From Gemmatimonadaceae bacterium (GTDB lineage Bacteria; Gemmatimonadota; Gemmatimonadetes; Gemmatimonadales; Gemmatimonadaceae), in the NCBI GenBank assembly GCA_051859245.1, contig JBHYGA010000001.1, positions 704,001-768,000 on the forward strand: a DNA stretch of 64,000 nucleotides, in the 5' to 3' direction. Below, piece by piece: positions 8,979-18,264 of the stretch. The notes beneath the pieces are model-generated. The model was given only the letters and a program-made list of their open reading frames with translations, was not told the origin of the DNA and searched no databases. The translations under genes were made by a program, and so were the position numbers. Within the stretch, counting starts at the first letter, position 1; each line of letters begins with the position of its first letter.

Positions 8979-11900
8979 ATCAGGATCGTATCGGCGCTGC
9001 TCACCGCGCCACTCGTGCACTCGCTCGCTGGGCTGGTGCAACGGCAATGTTGGTTGCGTCGCTGCTTGCCACACGCACTGCCGCCGCGCAGGAAACCACG
9101 GGCTCGATTCGTGGTGTTGTCACCGCAGCCGACGCTACGCCGCTTGTCGGCGCCGTGGTGACCGCCAGAAATTCGGAAACCGGATTGTCGCGCAGCACGT
9201 CAGTGGCTGAAAGCGGTGTCTACGTGATCCGGTTGCTGCCGTCGGGTGTGTACAGCGTCACAGTGCGACGCATTGGAAGCCAGCAGCAGGAACGCACGGG
9301 CATTCGCGTGACCGTTGGAAGCACGGCGTCCGTCAACTTCGCGCTGTCCGACGCCGCTTCGGTGCTGTCGGCCGTGACCGTGACAGGCGCACAGCGCATC
9401 GACGTCGCCGAAGGCGGCGTGAAGCAGAACGTGTCGCAGGAAGAAATTCAGAACCTGCCCACACTCGGCCGCGACTTCACGGACTTCATCGCGTTGTCCG
9501 GTCTGGTGTCGCCGTCACCCGAGGCCACCACGGGCGGTCAGTTCTCTATTGCCGGCGCCCGCCCGTCGCAGACCAACGTGCAGCTCGACGGTGTCGACGC
9601 GAACAACAACTTCTTTGGCGAGAACCGCGGCGGTAGTCGCATTCCGTTCAACTTCTCGATTGAGTCGGTGAAGGAATTCCAGATTATCACGAACGGTTTT
9701 GATGTCGAGTACGGCAACTACGCCGGCGGCATCATCAACATCGTGTCGAAGGGTGGCACGAACAAGTTCCGCGCCACGGGTTACAGCAACTATCGCGGCG
9801 ATGCCCTCACGTCCGAGAATTTCAACGGCACGCCGGTGAACAACTTCCAGGCGCAGCAGTTTGCATTCCAGGCAGAAGGGCCACTCATTCGTGACAAGTT
9901 GTTCTGGCTGGTCTCGTTGGACGGACAGCGTCGTCGCGAACCGTTTGTGCCGCTTGGCCCGAATGAGCTGCGTAACAGAGCCGCTGATCTGGAGCGTCGC
10001 GCGGCGGCGTTCCCTGACTCGTCCGCCAACCTGCTCTCGCAGGCGCTGCGTCAGCGTACCACCGCCGATTCACTGGGCCGCTACTTCTCCATTCTCGAGG
10101 ACAAGTACGGCATCAGTGGCGCTGAGCGGGCGTACGACGAGTTTGCCACACGCAACGACGTGCTCACAGTATTCGCGCGACTCGATTGGAATATCAACGA
10201 TCGGAACCGTCTCTCGCTGCGCAACAGCTGGTCTGACTATGACAACGGCAACGAGACCTTCGGCGGTACATCCATTGGTGGCCTCTCGCAGGCCGAGGCA
10301 TTCCAGAATCGCACCAATGCGGTGGTCGGTGAACTCACCAGCACGCTGAGCGATCGGGCGTCGAACGTGTTCCGTTTTCAGTATTCCACCGAAGACCGTC
10401 CGCGTGTTGGCAATGATCTCAAGCCGCAGCTGCGTGTGAACAATGTGAATACGGGCTCGGCGTATGCGTGGGGTGGCAACAGCATCGCGTTCCGGAACCG
10501 GTTGATCGAGAACAAGATCCAGTTGGTGAACAACACCACGATTGATCTTGGCACACACACGCTCAAGTTCGGCACGAACAACATCTTCTCGCACTACGAG
10601 AACGACTTCTGGAATCAGGGTTCTGGTTTCTACACGTTCGACAACCTCGCGGCGCTCGAAGCGTTTCAGCCGCTGCAGTACACGCGAAACGTGCGCGCCG
10701 ACGGCTCGGCACCGCGCGCTGTGTTTGATGTACAGGAGTACTCGGTATACGGTCAGGACCAGTGGCGTGTCACGCCCCGGCTGCTGGCCACACTGGGCGT
10801 GCGCTACGACTACTCGCGTTTCGCCGACGCGCCGGGACGCGTGATTGACGCCGAGCGTGCCTTCGGAATTCAGACGGGTGTTGCACCGATCGACAAGAAC
10901 AACATCTCACCGCGTCTCGCGCTGGCGTGGGATCGCAATGGTGACGCCAGCGTGGTGTATCGCGCCGGTGTTGGCTTGTTCTACGGTCGTCTGCCCTCGG
11001 TGCTCGGTTCAAACGTTGGTATCACCGACGTACCGCTGCAGAACCTTGTGTGCAACGGCAGCGCGGCTGATGGCGATGCCAACGCGCCGCCGCCGGTTCA
11101 GAACTATGCAGACTGGGATGCGTCTGGTAACGACAATCCCTTCAACTGCGCCGGTGCCGCAGGTGTTGGCGGCATTCCCGAGTTCTCATTCTGGACACAG
11201 GGATTCGAGATTCCTGAGACGTATCGCGCGAATCTCGGGTACGAGCGCGAGCTCGGACGTCGCACCCGTTTTTCGGCGGACTATCTCTACGCCCTCACGT
11301 CCAAGCTATACACGGTGCGAAACACCAACCTCCGTCAGTCGGTGTTCTCGCTCGCGAACGAAGGTGGCCGTCAGGTGTTTGTGCCGGTCGATCGCTTCGC
11401 GCCCAACGCAGCCGCCGGCAATGATCGTTTGCTCAATACCGATTTCGGCAACGTCTTCCAGAACTTCTACGACGGCAACGCGGTCTCGCACTCGTTGACG
11501 TTCAACGTGGATCAGCGACTCGGCACCGAGTCGTCGGTGCGCGCGTCGTACACGTATGTCACGGCGTCGGACAACAGTGCGTTCTCTTGCTGCACATCCT
11601 TTTCGGGATGGAGCGATACGCGCATTGGTGGCACGGGACCGAACGACATTGGTGGCGTGGGCGATACAGACAAGGCGTGGGGCCCGTCGAGCTTTGTGCG
11701 CAACCACACGGTGATTGTATCTGGCTACGCGCCCCTGCCGTTGGGCTTCCGCCTCAGCGGCATCTGGCGCCTGCAGAGCGGCACGCCGTGGGGCCCGGAG
11801 CAGGGTGGTGATCTGAACGGCGACGGCCTGTCGTTCAACGATCGCCCGTTCATCTTTGCGCCGGATCAGTTCCCCGTTGCGATTCCAACGAGCATCACCG

Positions 11901-12316
11901 GTGCGTCGGCGCAGGCCGAGTACGTCGCGGCGCAGCGCGAAGTGTACAAGAGCTACCTCGATGCGAATCCGTGCATCAGTGAACACATTGGCTCGATCAT
12001 TCCGCGCAACACATGCCGTCAGCCCTGGTTCAACCGCCTCGATCTGTCGCTGCGCAATCGCATTCCGGTTCGCGGTGGCCAGTACGCTGAACTGTCATTC
12101 GACTTTTTCAACGTGCTCAACGGCCTCAACAAGGATTGGGGCAAGTACCAGTCCGTGTCCGCCGCGCGTCGCAACCTGATGGTGCCCGCTTCATACGATG
12201 CCGCTGGCGAAACCATCCGCTACAACCTGACGGACGACTTCGGCGACACAACCCCGCTCGGCGCCAATCTGCTGCTGCAGTTCAGCATGCAGGTCGGTGT
12301 GCGCTACGTGTTCTAG
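8969..12316 (+). CDS. TonB-dependent receptor (Oar-like)
   Basis: LPTLGRDFTDF, SIESVKEFQI, SKGGTN, ISPRLALAW; C-terminal VRYVF; overlaps upstream gene. Confidence 0.9.
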   Translation: MLVNQDRIGAAHRATRALARWAGATAMLVASLLATRTAAAQETTGSIRGVVTAADATPLVGAVVTARNSETGLSRSTSVAESGVYVIRLLPSGVYSVTVRRIGSQQQERTGIRVTVGSTASVNFALSDAASVLSAVTVTGAQRIDVAEGGVKQNVSQEEIQNLPTLGRDFTDFIALSGLVSPSPEATTGGQFSIAGARPSQTNVQLDGVDANNNFFGENRGGSRIPFNFSIESVKEFQIITNGFDVEYGNYAGGIINIVSKGGTNKFRATGYSNYRGDALTSENFNGTPVNNFQAQQFAFQAEGPLIRDKLFWLVSLDGQRRREPFVPLGPNELRNRAADLERRAAAFPDSSANLLSQALRQRTTADSLGRYFSILEDKYGISGAERAYDEFATRNDVLTVFARLDWNINDRNRLSLRNSWSDYDNGNETFGGTSIGGLSQAEAFQNRTNAVVGELTSTLSDRASNVFRFQYSTEDRPRVGNDLKPQLRVNNVNTGSAYAWGGNSIAFRNRLIENKIQLVNNTTIDLGTHTLKFGTNNIFSHYENDFWNQGSGFYTFDNLAALEAFQPLQYTRNVRADGSAPRAVFDVQEYSVYGQDQWRVTPRLLATLGVRYDYSRFADAPGRVIDAERAFGIQTGVAPIDKNNISPRLALAWDRNGDASVVYRAGVGLFYGRLPSVLGSNVGITDVPLQNLVCNGSAADGDANAPPPVQNYADWDASGNDNPFNCAGAAGVGGIPEFSFWTQGFEIPETYRANLGYERELGRRTRFSADYLYALTSKLYTVRNTNLRQSVFSLANEGGRQVFVPVDRFAPNAAAGNDRLLNTDFGNVFQNFYDGNAVSHSLTFNVDQRLGTESSVRASYTYVTASDNSAFSCCTSFSGWSDTRIGGTGPNDIGGVGDTDKAWGPSSFVRNHTVIVSGYAPLPLGFRLSGIWRLQSGTPWGPEQGGDLNGDGLSFNDRPFIFAPDQFPVAIPTSITGASAQAEYVAAQREVYKSYLDANPCISEHIGSIIPRNTCRQPWFNRLDLSLRNRIPVRGGQYAELSFDFFNVLNGLNKDWGKYQSVSAARRNLMVPASYDAAGETIRYNLTDDFGDTTPLGANLLLQFSMQVGVRYVF

Positions 12317-12331
12317 TCGCCTCCAGTCGTC

Positions 12332-12372
12332 AAACGCCCCCGTCGCGATCCTTCGCGGCGGGGGCGTTTTTC
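12332..12372 (+). terminator. rho-independent terminator
   Basis: AAACGCCCCCGTCGCGA-tcct-TCGCGGCGGGGGCGTTTTT. Confidence 0.8.
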
Positions 12373-12382
12373 ATTCCCCTAA

Positions 12383-12563
12383 GTTGTTGCTGTTTTCGTG
12401 TTCTTCGTGCTTTCGTGCCCTTCCCGCCGCAGTTCCCTTGCACTAGGCGCACGCGCGCATTCACGATCCGCCGCTGCGGCGGATTCCCCGAGATGCTCCT
12501 AATGCGAGGGAACTGCGGCGGGAAGGACACGAAAGCACGAAGGACACGAAGAAGAGCAACTGC
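12383..12563. repeat. long imperfect palindrome (REP/MITE-like), copy A
   Basis: About 65-bp arms ttcgtgttcttcgtgctttcgtgcccttcccgccgcagttccc... and ...gggaactgcggcgggaaggacacgaaagcacgaaggacacgaa; internal hairpin ATCCGCCG-ctg-CGGCGGAT. Confidence 0.85.
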
Positions 12564-13424
12564 TTAATTGATTGGGAACTCGGGAATGAGTGTGAGGAGT
12601 TCTGGCCAATCGATGTACGGATTGCGATTGCCCTGCGCGCGTTGCACCGCGTCGTTACGGGCGCGCTCCCATGCGTCGGGGGCGTCTTCACGGGCCCACG
12701 CAATGATCAGGTCGCGTTCGAAGGCGAAGTTCGCCAGGCTGTAACCTGCTGGGCGCTGCGTGTTGTACCGCGTGTAGAAGTAGAGCAGGGCGCGCGCGAT
12801 GTCACCGCGTTTGCTCGGGCGCGGCTCGAATACAATCTGGCCGCTGTTGCCGTTCGAGTAGCCGAGTCGACTCACGTCGCCGGGCGTTTGCGGATTGGTG
12901 CTGGTCCACAACACGGTGCCGCGTACAACGCCAAAGGGAAAGTTGGAGCGCTGCGAGTTGGCGGTTTCGTCACTGGAGAACAGATGGTGCAAGTCGCTCA
13001 GGCCCGGCTCGTTTTCGGCGCCACGGCTTCTCGGCCACACATGCTCGGTGTTGATGTTGTTCGCCGCGGCGGTTGCGCGCGTGGTCACACCGGGCACCGC
13101 GCGACCTGTGTACAGATCAGTGATGAACGGCTGGTTGCCACGATCAATGAAGAGGTACAACGAATCGCGCGCGAACGTGTAGTCGAGCACGCGCTGTCCG
13201 CGAATGATTTCGTGTACGGTGGTGAGCAAGGCCGCGCCGCACCGGCTGCGCGCCGTGTTGTAATAGCCACCCGCCACGTCGGGCGGCACGGTGGTGCAGG
13301 TGTTTGGTGGCGGGATAACCGGGCCAACGGTATCTTCGAAACCGCTGCACGCGGAAAGCGCGAAGACCGCACCCACGATAGTGCTTTGCACCGTGAGGCG
13401 CGACAGAACGAACATTTTATGCAT
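12564..13424 (-). CDS. endonuclease I family (EndA/Bsn-like) extracellular nuclease, lipoprotein
   Basis: Lipobox LSAC; NTEHVWPRS, DLHHL, NSQRSNFPFG, RGDIARALLYF, QGNRNPYID. Confidence 0.9.
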   Translation of the reverse strand: MHKMFVLSRLTVQSTIVGAVFALSACSGFEDTVGPVIPPPNTCTTVPPDVAGGYYNTARSRCGAALLTTVHEIIRGQRVLDYTFARDSLYLFIDRGNQPFITDLYTGRAVPGVTTRATAAANNINTEHVWPRSRGAENEPGLSDLHHLFSSDETANSQRSNFPFGVVRGTVLWTSTNPQTPGDVSRLGYSNGNSGQIVFEPRPSKRGDIARALLYFYTRYNTQRPAGYSLANFAFERDLIIAWAREDAPDAWERARNDAVQRAQGNRNPYIDWPELLTLIPEFPIN

Positions 13425-13465
13425 AACGCAAAGACTGCCAGCTGAAGAACAGAACGAAGCGTCTC

Positions 13466-14347
13466 TTAGAAGACGCGAAGATTGATGTAACGTCGCGGGT
13501 TCGCCTTTACATCGGCCACAAGCTGATCAAGACGGAGCAGGAGCGAATCCACGCGCGCGTAAACAGCGGGGTCGTTCAGGAACTTGGCCGCGGTGCCCGG
13601 ACCCGAATCCACTTTGGACAGAATGGAGCTCACCTGCGAGCGTGTCTGCTCCAGATCTTTGGTCAGCTGCGCCAGATTTGCGCTGCTTGTACGAAACGCG
13701 CGCAACGTGGAGTCTACGACCGACGAGTCAACCGAAGCCAACGTTGATCGCAGCTGACGCTGCGTGGTGGACAGCTCACGGGATTGATCGGCCGCAATGG
13801 TGCCCAACTGCGCGGTGAGTGTGCTCAGTTCAGCAATCGCCTTGCGAATGTCGGCCAGTCCACCGCCGGTGACAAACTCCGCGCGTACCGCGGCCGCAAG
13901 CGTTTGCACCTCGGCCGCCACCGAATCGGCCTTCGTGAGCACTTCACCCGTGGTCGCCGATCCCTTGCCCGTTGGAATCGTATCGCCTTCAGGCATGTAG
14001 GTTGTCACCGCAAGCTTCGGCGACAGCGCAATGAGCTGATCACCGAAGATACCGTTTGGTTCAACGGCGGCGGTGGTGCTGTCGGGAATCTGATATTCCT
14101 TTTTGACAGACAGCGTGACCAGCAGCGTGCCATTGGGCACCAGTTCCACTTTGCGCACGAAGCCCACGTTCACACCGGCCAGGAGCACCGGCTGTCCGTT
14201 CTTGAGACCGGCGCCCCATGGGAACACCGCGTACATGGGATAGCCGGTGGCCAGACCGCCGCGCGCCAACCACACCGTGCCGGCCACGCCGACAATCACG
14301 GTGAAGATCAGCATGAGGCCTACAAGCACTTCGTCACGACGTTTCAT
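13466..14347 (-). CDS. mlaD: MCE/MlaD family protein
   Basis: N-terminal TM; GLKNGQPVLLAGVNVGFV; helical tail ending NPRRYINLRVF. Confidence 0.85.
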   Translation of the reverse strand: MKRRDEVLVGLMLIFTVIVGVAGTVWLARGGLATGYPMYAVFPWGAGLKNGQPVLLAGVNVGFVRKVELVPNGTLLVTLSVKKEYQIPDSTTAAVEPNGIFGDQLIALSPKLAVTTYMPEGDTIPTGKGSATTGEVLTKADSVAAEVQTLAAAVRAEFVTGGGLADIRKAIAELSTLTAQLGTIAADQSRELSTTQRQLRSTLASVDSSVVDSTLRAFRTSSANLAQLTKDLEQTRSQVSSILSKVDSGPGTAAKFLNDPAVYARVDSLLLRLDQLVADVKANPRRYINLRVF

Positions 14348-14399
14348 GCCACGGATCCGGTGAAATCACTGAAAAAAGAAGTGCGCGAGGCCACGAGGC

Positions 14400-15188
14400 T
14401 CACGCTTGAACAAACGGGGCAAAGATTGCAGCAACGATCGCATCGAGCGTGAGAATAGCCACCGACGTGATAACAACCGCCGTGGCCGTTGCCTGCCCAA
14501 CACCTTCCGCTCCCGCCTTCGCGATATACCCCTGATACGAACACACAAACGCGATCGCGGCACCAAAGCATGTTGCCTTGATGAGACTGTAGATCACCTG
14601 AAACGGTGTGAAGGCGATGCGTAATCCTTCCACGTAGTCCACGGTGCGTACGTCGGTCGCAAGAATCAACGTGAGCCAGGCGCTCACAAGTGCGGCCGTG
14701 TTCGCGAGCATGGTCAGTGCCGGTAGCATCACCAGCGCGGCCAGAATGCGCGGCAGCGAAAGAAACGCCACGGGGTCGTAGGCCAGCGTTTCCAGAGCGT
14801 CAATTTGTTCGGTCACGCGCATCGTGCCGATTTCCGCTGTCATGCGCGCACCCACGCGACCGGTGAGTACGAGTGCCGTGAGCAGTGGCCCAAGTTCAAG
14901 CACAATACTCTGACGCGTAATCAGGCCGACCGCTGACACCTGCACGCCGGGAAAGAGCTGAAATCGCGTTTGAAACGCCGTAACGCCACCGAGAAATCCG
15001 GCCACAATGATCGTGAGCAGCACGGACTCTACACCAATCACGCGCATCTGACGAATCGTCTCGCGCGGCCAGGTGTCGACTTCGCGCGCCGAGCGAATGA
15101 TGTCGCGCAAGTAGTAGCCGTACACACCAACGCCGGTGAGCGTGGTTCGCACGGCGCCGTGCATCGCGCGCCAGGTTGCCTCTAGCAT
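14400..15188 (-). CDS. mlaE: MlaE family ABC transporter permease
   Basis: ELGPLLTALVLTGRVGA, AEIGTMRVTEQIDALE, GAEGVGQATATAVV. Confidence 0.92.
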   Translation of the reverse strand: MLEATWRAMHGAVRTTLTGVGVYGYYLRDIIRSAREVDTWPRETIRQMRVIGVESVLLTIIVAGFLGGVTAFQTRFQLFPGVQVSAVGLITRQSIVLELGPLLTALVLTGRVGARMTAEIGTMRVTEQIDALETLAYDPVAFLSLPRILAALVMLPALTMLANTAALVSAWLTLILATDVRTVDYVEGLRIAFTPFQVIYSLIKATCFGAAIAFVCSYQGYIAKAGAEGVGQATATAVVITSVAILTLDAIVAAIFAPFVQA

Positions 15189-15192
15189 CTCA

Positions 15193-16347
15193 TTACGTCC
15201 GGACGCGGGCGAGCAGCACAACCGCTACGGCACCCACCAAAATGTTGGGGAACCATGCCGCCAGCTCTGGAGAAACAAGCCCGGACTTGCCCACTGCCTT
15301 CGTCAACTGAATCAGTACCAGAATGGCTACCGTGGTACCGAGACTGACCGCCACACCAAACGCCGTTCCGCCCCGCTGTGTGCTGGTAGCCAGCGGCGCG
15401 CCGAACATGGCGATCAGAATGCACGTGACGGGCACGGCGATCTTGAGCATGAGCTCAACACGTAGCCCGCGCACGTCCGAACCTGCCCGCTCGAGTGTGG
15501 TGATAAAACTCGCCAGCTGGCGGTACGTCATTTCATCCGGCGCTTTATCTGACGCGCGCAACTCTGTTGGCGTTTCCGTCATCGAGCGTTCCAGCAGCGA
15601 GTCGAACGCAATGACAATGTCGCGCGAGTTGTCGGGCATCATGTGCAGATACCCGGTGCGCAACATCCACCCCTGCTGAGGCGACCACGAGGCTTTCTCG
15701 GCCGAGACCAGTCGACTCGGCGTGAGCGAATCTCCGCGGACCTCGGTTTCTACACCTTGCATGGTGCCGTCTTGCACGTTCAGGAACGTGGCGCGCACCA
15801 CACGACCTGCTTCGCCGCCGAACACAAAGTTGTAGCGCGTGTTCACCGACTCATTGCACACCGCCATCCCTCCGGACGGCGCTACGGGCGTCTGACACGA
15901 CTCACGAAGCAGCTCAAGGCGTTTGGACGTAGCCGGTGGTGCGAGTTCGCCAATGACGAGACCGAGCACCGCCGCAAAGACGCTGAGTACCCAGATCGGC
16001 GCCACAACCCGATGAAAGCTCATCCCCGATGCTTTTGCAGCGGTGATCTCGGCGTGTCTCGTGAAGTTGCCAACCGAAAACACCGTGGCGAACAGCACGG
16101 CGGCCGGCAGCACCTTGTACATGGTGTCCGGCAGGAAATACCAATAGCTCAGCGCAATTTCCTGGAATGGAATGTTGCGTTCAGTGTACTTGCGGAGATT
16201 GTCAACGATATCCACCACGAACACCAGAAATGGAAATCCAAGACTGGTTACGAGGAAGATGCGCAGAAACTCTACGGCGACGTAGCGATCAAGGGGACGC
16301 AGAATGCGCCAGCGTCGACGCGGTTTGGAGGCGGCAACATCACTCAC
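15193..16347 (-). CDS. lptG: LptF/LptG family LPS export permease
   Basis: LDRYV, EITAAKASG, ELAAWFPN; GTG start overlaps upstream stop. Confidence 0.8.
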   Translation of the reverse strand: MSDVAASKPRRRWRILRPLDRYVAVEFLRIFLVTSLGFPFLVFVVDIVDNLRKYTERNIPFQEIALSYWYFLPDTMYKVLPAAVLFATVFSVGNFTRHAEITAAKASGMSFHRVVAPIWVLSVFAAVLGLVIGELAPPATSKRLELLRESCQTPVAPSGGMAVCNESVNTRYNFVFGGEAGRVVRATFLNVQDGTMQGVETEVRGDSLTPSRLVSAEKASWSPQQGWMLRTGYLHMMPDNSRDIVIAFDSLLERSMTETPTELRASDKAPDEMTYRQLASFITTLERAGSDVRGLRVELMLKIAVPVTCILIAMFGAPLATSTQRGGTAFGVAVSLGTTVAILVLIQLTKAVGKSGLVSPELAAWFPNILVGAVAVVLLARVRT

Positions 16348-18116
16348 GCGCCAGCTCCGCGTAATGCCGTTTTGGCGGCGCGCTGACGCGTCTTTCGCGC
16401 GCGGCGATCCATCCACCAATCACGCAGGCCACCGCCGCGCGAACCGTCGGCGGTCTTTTCCACGCGAAGCAGCAGCACCAGACCCGCCAGTGTGAAAATC
16501 ACGTTCGCGGCCCACATCGCAATCACGGGTTCCACCGTGCCTTTGTCGGCCAGCGTTTCACCAGCCATCAAACACACGTAGTACGCACCAAACACCACCA
16601 GTGACACGCCGATGGTCACGCCAACGCCGCCGCGCGGAAAGCGCAAGGCAATCGGTGGTCCAAACAACACGAAGACAAAACACGCCATCGACAACGCGAA
16701 TTTCTTTTGCACTTCAACAGCGTACTTGCTCATGTCCATCAAAGCCGCCTGCAGCGCTTCCGGTGTGACAGCAAAGATGGCTGGCGGCGGTCGATTGGGA
16801 TCCAGTGCGGCGGCCGCACGCGCGGCAGCGGCCATGCTGTCGGCAATGTTCTGCGCTTGTCCAATCGGGAGCCCGTCTGCTCCCAGCACAACGCCGCCCG
16901 TCGCCATTGCAATGCTGTCACGCTTGCGCTGCTCGCCGGCCAGACTGTCCTGGATCAAGGCCTGTCGGCGCATCTGTTCGGCTTGCTGCTGCACTTGCGA
17001 TGATGCGCTGTCCTGCCTGGCTTGCGCACGCGCAATGCTGTCTCGACGCAGGGAATCACGAATCGTGGTGTCTTGCTGCCACGCCGCGTATAACCCAACC
17101 GCAGGAATCAGCGCCGGCACTGGTGCTGCCTCCGCCGTTTTTGGCGACAGCAACGCCGGAATTTTTTCGCAGTAGAGCCGAGCCAGACCACCGTGCGCCG
17201 GACGCGGACGCGGTACGCGTAACACGGCACCACTGCTCGCCGTGTCGGCCGCCTCGGCACGCAGCTGCGCAATCCAGCGCAGGCGACGCGTTTCGTATTC
17301 TTCAGCGCGCGCCACGTACTCGCGCTGCAGTTCACAGATGCCTTGCTCGCGCTCGCCCTTGTACGCGCCTTCGCGCTCCGACGAGCTGAAACCGCGTGCC
17401 AGATCTTTCACTTTCATGAGCTGCTGGCGAAAGAACGTGCGTTGCAACTGCTGCGCGTCGCCCTGAGCGAACTGCAGCTGTTCGCCGTCGTACAGCACGA
17501 GCTGCAAGTCAACGCTGTCGGGGGACATGGTAAACGTGCCGCTGTCGGCGTACACCGATTTGCGCTCGGCGGTGTTCTGGAGATCGTAAATCTCCACGTC
17601 ACGCATGCGATTGGAGGTCTCGTCGAGCCAGCCCACCTTCATGTAGAACGTGGGCGAGAGCTGCGTGAGCACCTGCGCCCGCAGGCCCACGGTGGGGCGC
17701 ACGTTCACGATATCGCCGAGCAGGATGCTCAGGCGATGATTGGCGCGCGGCAGCACCTGGTCGTTAAAGCCAATCATGAGAAAGGAAAGCACCGCGGCGA
17801 TGGCCAGCATGGGGGCCATCAACCGGCGCACGCGCACGCCACTGGCTTTGAATGCGGTGACTTCATGCTCAGACGCGAGGCGGCCAAAGGCGTGCAGTGT
17901 GGAGACCAGCACGGCCATGGGCAACGTCATCGCGATCGTGAACGGCAGCGACAGGAGCAGAAACTCGCCAATGACACGCCACGGCAAGCCCTTGCCTACC
18001 AACTTGTCGAGTTGGCGGGCAACGTATTGCAGCAGGAGCAGCGAAGTGAGCGCCGTGAGCGCGAACACGAGCGGCCCGATGTGCTCGCGCACGATGTAGC
18101 GGGTAATGATCCTCAC
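16344..18116 (-). CDS. lptF: LptF/LptG family permease with long periplasmic insertion
   Basis: RIITRYI, LPMAVL, EVTAFKASG, VEVQKKFALS, AMWAAN; 590 aa. Confidence 0.8.
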   Translation of the reverse strand: MRIITRYIVREHIGPLVFALTALTSLLLLQYVARQLDKLVGKGLPWRVIGEFLLLSLPFTIAMTLPMAVLVSTLHAFGRLASEHEVTAFKASGVRVRRLMAPMLAIAAVLSFLMIGFNDQVLPRANHRLSILLGDIVNVRPTVGLRAQVLTQLSPTFYMKVGWLDETSNRMRDVEIYDLQNTAERKSVYADSGTFTMSPDSVDLQLVLYDGEQLQFAQGDAQQLQRTFFRQQLMKVKDLARGFSSSEREGAYKGEREQGICELQREYVARAEEYETRRLRWIAQLRAEAADTASSGAVLRVPRPRPAHGGLARLYCEKIPALLSPKTAEAAPVPALIPAVGLYAAWQQDTTIRDSLRRDSIARAQARQDSASSQVQQQAEQMRRQALIQDSLAGEQRKRDSIAMATGGVVLGADGLPIGQAQNIADSMAAAARAAAALDPNRPPPAIFAVTPEALQAALMDMSKYAVEVQKKFALSMACFVFVLFGPPIALRFPRGGVGVTIGVSLVVFGAYYVCLMAGETLADKGTVEPVIAMWAANVIFTLAGLVLLLRVEKTADGSRGGGLRDWWMDRRARKTRQRAAKTALRGAGA

Positions 18117-18264
18117 GACATTGGGTCAGGCGTAACAAAAAGTGCGTGCGCGGACGAGCCGCTGTCGTCCATACGCACACCATAGGTTCGCCCAAGTGCC
18201 TTGAGCACCGGGGCGCGGCCCGTTCTATTCATCTAAATTCCCCCGGTATCTACTGCATTATCAA

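Noticed and set aside
12383..12563. CRISPR array or intact IS
   Set aside because: Inverted rather than direct repeats; no spacer series; no transposase
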